From NCBI RefSeq assembly GCF_037042905.1, contig NW_026974140.1, positions 15,438,001-15,502,000 on the forward strand: a DNA stretch of 64,000 nucleotides, in the 5' to 3' direction. The notes under the pieces are model-generated. The model was not told the origin of the DNA, ran no database searches, and worked only from the letters and a program-made list of their open reading frames with translations. Below are positions 56,601-64,000 of this stretch, piece by piece (positions within the stretch are counted from its first letter, which is position 1; the number at the start of each line of letters is the position of its first letter). The stretch is from Lytechinus pictus (lineage: Eukaryota). Both the position numbers and the translations under genes were made by a program.

Positions 56601-59600
56601 GCTGCAGCATTCAATGTCACACAAGAATTGATTACAGGTAAATAATGATAATTATTACTTATACAAGGCATTTTAGTAAATAAATTAATGTCATATTTCG
56701 CTTGCTACTTTCAATCCGAGACCAACAGGGTAAACATTTTCCATGTTCCCCTCTACGGGCTTTGCCCATAGGAATACTGTACAAAAACAGAGGGCAATAT
56801 CGGCCATATTTCTGCCAGTGCGCTTGGCGCAGTAGGAACTGATTTTGATCGCTAATTTCAGTATTTGCGAAATCTGGTTGGAACCAGTTTGTGAACCAAT
56901 GCATTGTAGATAATGCGCAGCCAGTGCATACGTATTCCCAGCTAATCAAACCCAAGCGCAAGATTTTTACGCAATAAGTGTATGTGCGCGCCATACATGA
57001 TGCGCGACTGCACGGTAACAATTGAGTCACAATTGCTTAGCAAGGATTACTTCGCCAAATTTGTGAATAACCTGATATCAGAAGTAGTAATAAGCAAACA
57101 GGCATATAAATTGTTCCAAATAATAGCTTGAATTACACATTATACAGCTGTAGGTAATAATATTGATATTGACTGGCTCTCTTTCTAGAAACATCAAATA
57201 TATTGCCCTTAAACCAATCATATTGCCCTCGTCTAAAGACTCAGGCCAATATGATTATGTTGCAGGCAACATATTTGATGTTCACCTCAAGGCCAGTCAA
57301 TATTATATATAATAGTGCCAGTTTTTCCATGTCATGTGTGATAGATATGACAGTAATTGGAACTGCTTTATTCAGGTAATCATATTGACTCTTCATTCAC
57401 TGATGGTTTAAATAAATTAATCCTTTTGAATGGCTGGAAAAAACTGTCACTAAATACTGTTTGTGAATGACAGCTTATTGGTCATGAAAAAAATCAAGAA
57501 ATTTTCAGAACTTGAACTTGGAACTATGTGATTTAGTCTAGTGACATATTTGCTTGTAGTTCTGCATCATTTTCATGGCATTTTTGCAAGTGGATGAGAA
57601 ATGTTGGTTTGCATTCTCATTCAAGATGGTTTCTTTACTGACTATTGGTGGGCTGATCATGTATCACAGAGAATGGTCTAAATTATGGTATCAATGTAGA
57701 TCTAGCTACTAATGTTATATATGTTTACATTCTTATTTAAGATGGTCTACTTACTGCTGGTCATGATATCAGCGATGGTGGGCTGATCACATGTCTCATA
57801 GAGATGGCTTTTGCTGGTAACTGTGGGATTAATGTAGACCTACCAACTAATGATGATGGTGAGTGGACTTTGAATTTTAGTATATTTCAAGGAAAGGGTC
57901 TTTTAATGGGAAAGGAGGTTATGAAATGTAAAAACATATTATGATGTTTTGTCTAAGTACCTTGCATTTTACCTTATTAATGAATGGTTTGAGTAGATTT
58001 ATTGACATCTCTCACATGGATTTCACTTTAGCTTAGTTTGCAATAAACATGGACAGACAGTTCTAGGAAAACTTGTCTTAGAGACTGCCCAAGTTGTCTT
58101 CCAGGAGAGCATGATCATTAGCTCTGGTTGTCTGGCAAGTTGCCAGATCTGACAACTTTCCTTGATTTTGATTGGTGGAGAATATCATCTGACAAATCCT
58201 TTGATGAAAGACTCCCCTGGAAAGGAGGTATCCGCACAGCATTGTTCCCGGGGACTTGCCTGATCTCTGGGGCAGTTTTCGAGTGGGAATTGTAACAGAC
58301 AGTCTCCTTGTTAAGTTGTCATGTGTGGTCAAGCGATCCATACACAGAGCTGCCAACCATTACGTTTTTGCCGTAATCATTACGTTTTTTCATTCAAATT
58401 ACGGCATTATGGTTTTTCTTTTCAAATTCCGTTTTTTGACAATTTTGATAATGTGTGTACATAATTGTATGTATGTGGAGTGCGTGTTGAGCCCACTGAA
58501 CTAGAAATACGTATTTCTAGTTCAGTGGTTGAGCCCGAGATGAGCCTGGTATTTGCACGTGCGTAGTCGCCTGCCAGCCGGTTTTCCAACGCACTTTAAT
58601 AATTTGATAGCGTGCACGTACATATACGTTAGTTGAATATGCGAGCGGCATGCATGGTACGAATCGCGATGTATAGCGACTGGTAAATACGTCTGTAAGG
58701 ATGATGACGTCATCCAAGATGGCAACTTACGATGACAAACGAAAGGATCGAGGATGATTATGTTTTGATCATCATTTGAAAGGAAATAACAGTAACTGCG
58801 GTCTAAGGTACGATATTTCTGAATTTTATATATTTTATCTTAAATTTTCATGTAATTTCTTTCCTATAAAGTGATGTTTTATGTACAAAAAAACGATCCG
58901 AAAATTAGATTTCAGAATTTAGATCTAACGTTACTGCTAATACGTTGTCTTTACGCACGGGCCAACACTCTTCAGGTGATCGAGCCAACGTTTGTTCTTG
59001 CAGCGCAGAGCGAGGAGTACGATGAATTGGGTAGGGTAATTCCCAAATGTAGTAAGAGAAGAGTCCATTTGTAATGGAGGGGGATTTGGAGGTTTGAGGG
59101 AAATTATTATTCCATTTGCAAAATTTTACAAAAATACTCATCATATATATTAAAGATTGAATCATCAAAAGATATTTTTCATATACTTTAAAATTAATTG
59201 TTGTGATAAAGAAATGAAATTTTGAGGCTATTTTCTTGAATTGATTAATATCAATTCCCTTCGGATAACGGTACTGTCTGGTTAATTTTCATCAACTCGT
59301 AATCGTATCAAACAAATACGATGAATTCGGCTTTGAAAAGACCTGGAAAGCTCTTCATTGGCCCTTGAAGTAATAATTCTGGGTGATATTCAACATTTAT
59401 TGATAGTTTCACATGATTTATACTAGAGAGATGTCCTACTGCCTTTGGAATTCATTAAAAAAGTCGGCACTTTAGCATTCAGTTTAGCAGGAATGGGAAG
59501 ATTTCTTCCCCGGTTCTGGCGGCCTAGATGTCTGCTCTATAGTGCCGTCACTGCTGGGGATGATTGAGTGTGCGTGCAGTGTGATTGAGGCTGAGCTGTG

Positions 59601-62457
59601 CACATCGTGAAGTGATTTACGATGGGACTTTTGTGGAATGATTTCAACTTATCTATAGATCTATTTGAATTTTAGATTAGATTGATTTATGAATAATTTT
59701 TCTATATTTGTGGAATGTTACATGTACACTTCCATTTTATGACACTTTAATTTTAAAGGGTACTGTTTGGCAAAAACAATGTTACTTGGGAAGAGAAGTC
59801 TGAATTGATGTCAACTTTTTTTTTATATTTCTCTTAGTCTACAATTTGGTAGTTTTGTCAGGAAACTCAACATAAAACAATTAATTATTTTAGAAGTGGA
59901 AAGGAAGCCCCAGAAAAATGGGGCCCTAAAAATGTTCACCAGAACTGATTTTGGTGCCCCTGAAAGAATTTTTTCTCGACAGATCTTCACTTTGATAAGT
60001 GCCGGAATAGGTTGCACTACAAAATGAAAGGCCTACTTGTCATTTTTAGAAAAATTTGCCTAGGTGCCCATTTGACTAGAATAAAAGTGGCCTTCATGTC
60101 CTTTAGAATGGCCTTGATACCCCTTGAAATTTTGGGGCATCCAAGGCCACTTTGCCGGTTGCCCCAAGCTGAAAGTGCCCATTTGAAAATGGCCTTGCCC
60201 CTCTCAATTCTTAATTCAAGCCCTGCTACTGACTTAATTAAAATAAGGGTCCAATTTGTAACGCTCCGTTACTTAGCCCAGACTAGGCCTAGAGATTAAC
60301 TTTTTTTAAATTGTTCACTGCATACATACTTTTTGCATTGGATGTTTGTCGCATGTCGTTTTAAGGTTCGTTTTAACACATTCCTTTTTTTTGTTGGAAA
60401 TTCCTTTTTTTGGCCATAATGATTCCTTTTTTTGCTTGCACAAGGTTGGCAGCTCTGCATACATTTCAACATATTTGCATTTCAAGCATGTGTGTATGTC
60501 ATGAATGTACCTAAATATAATCATGTTATGAATTAATTACAGCTAAACCACTTGAGTTGCTGTTTTCTGAAGAACTGGGTCTCGTATTGGAGACTACTCA
60601 ATCAGATGCAGAGGCAGTGTGTAGGAGGTATACAGACCAAGGAATCACATGTAGTGTCATAGGTCAAACAGGGGGAGAATCAGCTGAAACCAAGGTAGGG
60701 GAAATTGAATTATTAATTGATATCAGCTCTAGGTCGAGCAGTACATCAATATAATCTTGTAGTTTCCAGACAGAAATTTAACATTCTGTCCTTCTAAAGA
60801 AAACATTATAATTAGTGATACACTAATACTGTGGCTAAATTGTTCATCTTAATTTAGAGTAAATATTCGTACCAAGATGTAAGTGGGGATATCAAAGTAA
60901 GTCTGGACAAGCAACTAAGAAATAAGAGAGATAAATTGGATGCTTGATGAAATTTTGACAAATTATCTGCCAGCACCATTGAAAAAGATTGCTTAGCAAA
61001 AAAGAGTTTGTATAGGTAGTGTTCAGGCTTTCAACCATAATGTCATTGAAAATGAGTTTGATTATTTTTTGCAGATTTAATAATCCCTAGTTCTTAATTC
61101 AAACACTGTCTGTCTTGTATATTCTTCATTCTAAGATTGTGATCAACATGAATGGCAATACCATCCTGGATGATTCTATGACACGCCTCCGTGATGTATG
61201 GGAAGCAACTAGTTTCCAGCTAGAACGCCTTCAGACCAATCAAGTTTGTGTTGTTCAGGAGGAAGCCCTGCTCAAAAATAGGAAAGCACCCCCGTACAAG
61301 CTGACCTTTGACCCTCAGCCGCCGACTCCAATCCAGGAGACAAGTGAGTTTATCGTCTTACTGAAATTAAAGCATGGCATTCTGTTTTTAAATGAACATG
61401 AATGTCAGATTTCAAAGTAGTGTTTATCGTTTCATCGAGTTTGCTGATCATACTACTAATTGCTCAAACATTTGGATTGGTGTGAACAGTATCTTAATAT
61501 GAATTTTTCATTGCACTTTTCAGAATTTCTCTGATTAAATTCTTTATTTTGAACATGAAAATTTTGTAATTTCAAGTACTCCAGTGGGGGATGGTGAAGA
61601 TGGACGATTGCAATCTGGAGTTGGGTCTCAATTGTGTATCTATAGAGTAGGAGTCAATTGAATCTCAATGTTTGGATTAATTTTAATTGCTAATTTTCAG
61701 ATTGACCCCAGATATTTGTTCATAACAGAAAATATATTTATCAATATCCTATCAAAAATGAAATACTAAACAAATGATCCTTTTTTTTTCTCTCTCCAGA
61801 CCGGCCAAAGGTAGCAGTGATCCGTGAAGAAGGAAGTAATGGAGATCGTGAGATGTTAGCATCGTTTCATATGGTAGGCTTTGAAGCTTGGGATGTCAAT
61901 ATGCAAGACTTAGCAAGTGGGACCTTATCTCTCAAAGACTTCAGAGGGGTAGCGTTTGTTGGAGGATTCAGCTTTGCTGATGTTATGGGTTCAGCTAAAG
62001 GTGAGTACTTTCAATCAAAGCTTTTATGATATTTCATGAACTTGATAAGCCTTAGGGCCAGGGGTCAAATGTAGCAGTGTCTTTAAAAAAACCTTGCCTC
62101 ACATCCGCGGCATTGTTTTATGTATTATGTTGTTTTGTATAACTGTTATGATGTAATTCCAAAATCTTTTGATTCTTAATGTATGTATTTTGCTTTTAAG
62201 AGATGAGGAAAAGGATAAACTTGAATTTTAACTTTTTTTCAAGAGGTTTTAGATAAATTGTAGACTTTTTCATTGTTTCCTGGTTCCCTTATTAGGATGG
62301 GCAGCAGCAATCCTATACAACCCTGTAGTGAGAGGAGAGTTTGATGCCTTCAGAGCTAGATCAGATACCTTCTCATTAGGAGTCTGTAATGGATGTCAGC
62401 TGATGGGTCTACTAGGTTGGGTGTCTCCTGATCAAACACAGTCTGATGGTAACCAAG
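44611..62457 (+). CDS. PFAS: Phosphoribosylformylglycinamidine synthase (FGAR amidotransferase), coding exons 1-21; gene continues beyond the right edge
   Basis: Phase-consistent exons: 44611-44755, 45490-45622, 46268-46563, 46967-47075, 47712-47852, 48722-48849, 49768-49896, 50370-50630, 51094-51324, 51788-52011, 53503-53646, 54015-54146, 54522-54752, 55096-55276, 55708-55791, 56482-56637, 57742-57858, 60543-60694, 61136-61343, 61800-62000, 62296-62457 (or -62448). Motifs: [118 protein letters not shown] (glutaminase nucleophile). Confidence 0.97.
44894..45117 (-). mobile_element. tRNA-derived SINE
   Basis: Head GGAGCGTTGTGGCCCAGTGGATAAG (A box), B box GGTTCGAATTCC, a non-tRNA body and a (TTA)n-like tail. 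Confidence 0.8.
47997..48211. mobile_element. Palindromic MITE
   Basis: GGGTGTTGCAAGAAA...TTGCGATCAATTGCAA pairs with TTGCAATTGATCGCAAGTTTCTTGCAACACCC. Confidence 0.8.
49411..49729. mobile_element. MITE
   Basis: TIR GGGCTCGTATCCTGAAGTCAGGTTTAA / TTAAACCTGACTTCAGAATACCGGCC. Confidence 0.8.
52205..53355. mobile_element. Non-autonomous hAT element with internal tandem repeats
   Basis: Exact 8-bp TSD CTCTTCCT on both sides; TIR CAGTGGCGTA / TACGCCACTG; internal repeated units containing GCGAGCGCGAGCTGAAA. Confidence 0.9.
57610..57713 (+). pseudogene. Decayed tandem duplicate of PFAS exon 17, including its acceptor
   Basis: CATTCTCATTCAAG|ATGGTTTCTTTACTG...TGGTGGGCTGATCA...AATGTAGATCTAGCTACTAATG parallels CATTCTTATTTAAG|ATGGTCTACTTACTG...TGGTGGGCTGATCA...AATGTAGACCTACCAACTAATG, with deletions. 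Confidence 0.8.
58345..60457. mobile_element. 2.1-kb non-autonomous hAT-like element with a 6-bp TSD
   Basis: CATACA | CAGAGCTGCCAACC ... GGTTGGCAGCTCTG | CATACA; subterminal ATTACG repeats. Confidence 0.85.
58494..58527. mobile_element. 34-bp perfect palindrome in an exact 8-bp duplication (candidate P-superfamily excision footprint)
   Basis: GTTGAGCC | CACTGAACTAGAAATAC GTATTTCTAGTTCAGTG | GTTGAGCC. Confidence 0.75.
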
Positions 62458-62935
62458 GCAAGTCATTAGATATCTTTTAGGTTGGGTGTCTCCTGATCAA
62501 ACACAATCTGATGGTAACCAAAGTAAGCCATCAGATATCTTCTCATTAGGGGTCTGTAATGGATGTCAATTATTGATGGGTCTGCTAGGCTGGGTGTCTC
62601 CTGATCAAACACAGTCTGATGGTAACCAAGGCAAGTCATTAGATATCTTTTAGGTTGGGTGTCTCCTGATCAAACACAATCTGATGGTAACCAAAGTAAG
62701 CCATCAGATATCTTCTCATTGGGAGTCTGTAATGGATGTCAACTAATGGGCCTACTAGGTTGGGTGTCTTTCTGATCAAACACAATCTTATGGTAACCAA
62801 GGTAAGTCATCAGATATCTTCTCATTGGGAGTCTGTAATGGACGTCAACTGATGGGCCTACTAGGTTGGGTGGCTTCTGATCTAACACAATCTGATAACC
62901 TGGTAACCAAGGTAAGTCATCGAATATATTCTCGC
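62361..62935 (+). repeat. Six-unit tandem amplification of the 3' part of PFAS exon 21 plus its splice donor
   Basis: The unit ...AGGTTGGGTGTCTCCTGATCAAACACA(G/A)TCTGATGGTAACCAA.G(C/T)AAG.CAT occurs 6 times, in the order long, short, long, short, long, long. Confidence 0.95.
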
Positions 62936-63270
62936 TTGATCTGTTTAATTTAATCTACTCAAAATTTGAACTCTATGTGCTCTCATTTAACTTTTCTACA
63001 AACTGTTATCTTACAATTTCCTTCAACATCAAGTTTTGTTAAGCCCATTTAGTCAGTTGTGCTCAGACAAACCACTCTGGCTAGGACTAAATGGTAATTA
63101 GACCAAATGATGATTAGTCTAAGTAGTCATGAGACCATCTGGCAATATGACCAAGTTCAACAGGGAAATCTGCTGGCTTGTTCTTTAAAACCATGTTGGC
63201 TTTGAGATGAGGATTGGGTATCAAGGATACACATCTCTATCTTATCAAACATATAACACACATAATTTAA

Positions 63271-63710
63271 AGGGGTTCTTCCGGCTGAAAATACTTACAT
63301 CTAAATAAATAGAGTAAAATTTGCAGAGCAAAATGCTGAAATTTCATCAAAATCTAATTACAAATAACAAAGTTATTGAATTTTCAAATTCAGCAATATT
63401 TTGTGAAAACAGTTTTGTGCATGTTGACATGAATATTCATTAGGTGGGCTGATTATGTCACATCCCAACTTTCCATACATGTGTGAATATGTCTCCCTTG
63501 TCATGAAATGAGTAGCTGCAATGAATATTCAATGCTCTAAATCAGTTATCAATACAATTTTTGTAGTTCTCAGAGGGAAAAAAATGAATATACCTTATTT
63601 CATATGAAAAAATGCAACAGAATCAGTGGGGATATGACATCATGAAGACATGCCTAGAACTGGTCACCGGAATATTGCAAATCTTTGAATTGCCCTAGCT
63701 TTGTTAAATT
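63271..63710. mobile_element. Degenerate Kolobok-like MITE
   Basis: TTAA AGGGGTTCTTCCGGCTG... with GCTGAAATTTCATCAAAATC and AAAGTTATTGAATTTT; related to 38236-38725. Confidence 0.55.
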
Positions 63711-64000
63711 CCTTGACCAATTAGCATTAGAATAATTACACACCTTAAAACAAACCAAACGTCCTCGCCTATGCCTCAGAGCTGTTCCAGAGATTCCTTA
63801 TGTGTAAATTCTTACTAATATCCTTGAAGAAGTATATTATTTGTATACAAGTTATTTCAGTGGAAAACAAATTGTGTTGTGCTAAGCCAAAACTTTACAT
63901 AATAGTGATATACCAATTTTACATGTACTATTGAATATTGATTAGATAATATCACATCATGAAATTCTAATTTTATTTTGGGTAAGTTGCATGTGTTCAT

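Noticed and set aside
56650-57310. ORF 56659-57030 (-) in a CpG-richer intron segment
   Set aside because: No recognisable protein motif. The segment looks like a repeat remnant whose boundaries I could not verify.

Overview
AT-rich, intron-rich animal genomic DNA. The repeat content and gene structures suggest an echinoderm, probably a sea urchin, but that assignment is inference. Five spliced protein-coding genes can be rebuilt by hand with consistent splice phases: the 5' part of PCM1 (-, runs off the left edge), TRAPPC2/sedlin (+, complete, with a U12-type AT-AC intron), a speriolin-family gene (+, complete, with a 2-kb low-complexity first exon), SRD5A3/polyprenol reductase (-, complete) and the first 21 coding exons of PFAS/FGAM synthase (+, runs off the right edge). 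PCM1/TRAPPC2 and SRD5A3/PFAS are head-to-head pairs. Introns and intergenic DNA are full of non-autonomous DNA transposons (hAT, Kolobok-like, PIF/Harbinger, Tc1/mariner, Helentron/HINE-like, a 5.3-kb foldback element and a 528-bp near-perfect palindrome) and two tRNA-derived SINEs. I saw no transposase ORF, CRISPR array or true RNA gene. Most unusual observations: (1) a 17+17-bp perfect palindrome inside an exact 8-bp duplication, the geometry of a P-element excision footprint; (2) a six-unit tandem amplification of the PFAS exon end carrying the catalytic Cys, which leaves a GC (or weak GT) donor as the only in-frame exit; (3) a foldback element whose arms are nearly identical outside and diverged inside; (4) TRAPPC2 paired head-to-head with a centriolar-satellite gene, as it is with OFD1 in human. 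Coordinates were counted by hand and family names come from recalled sequences, not searches.
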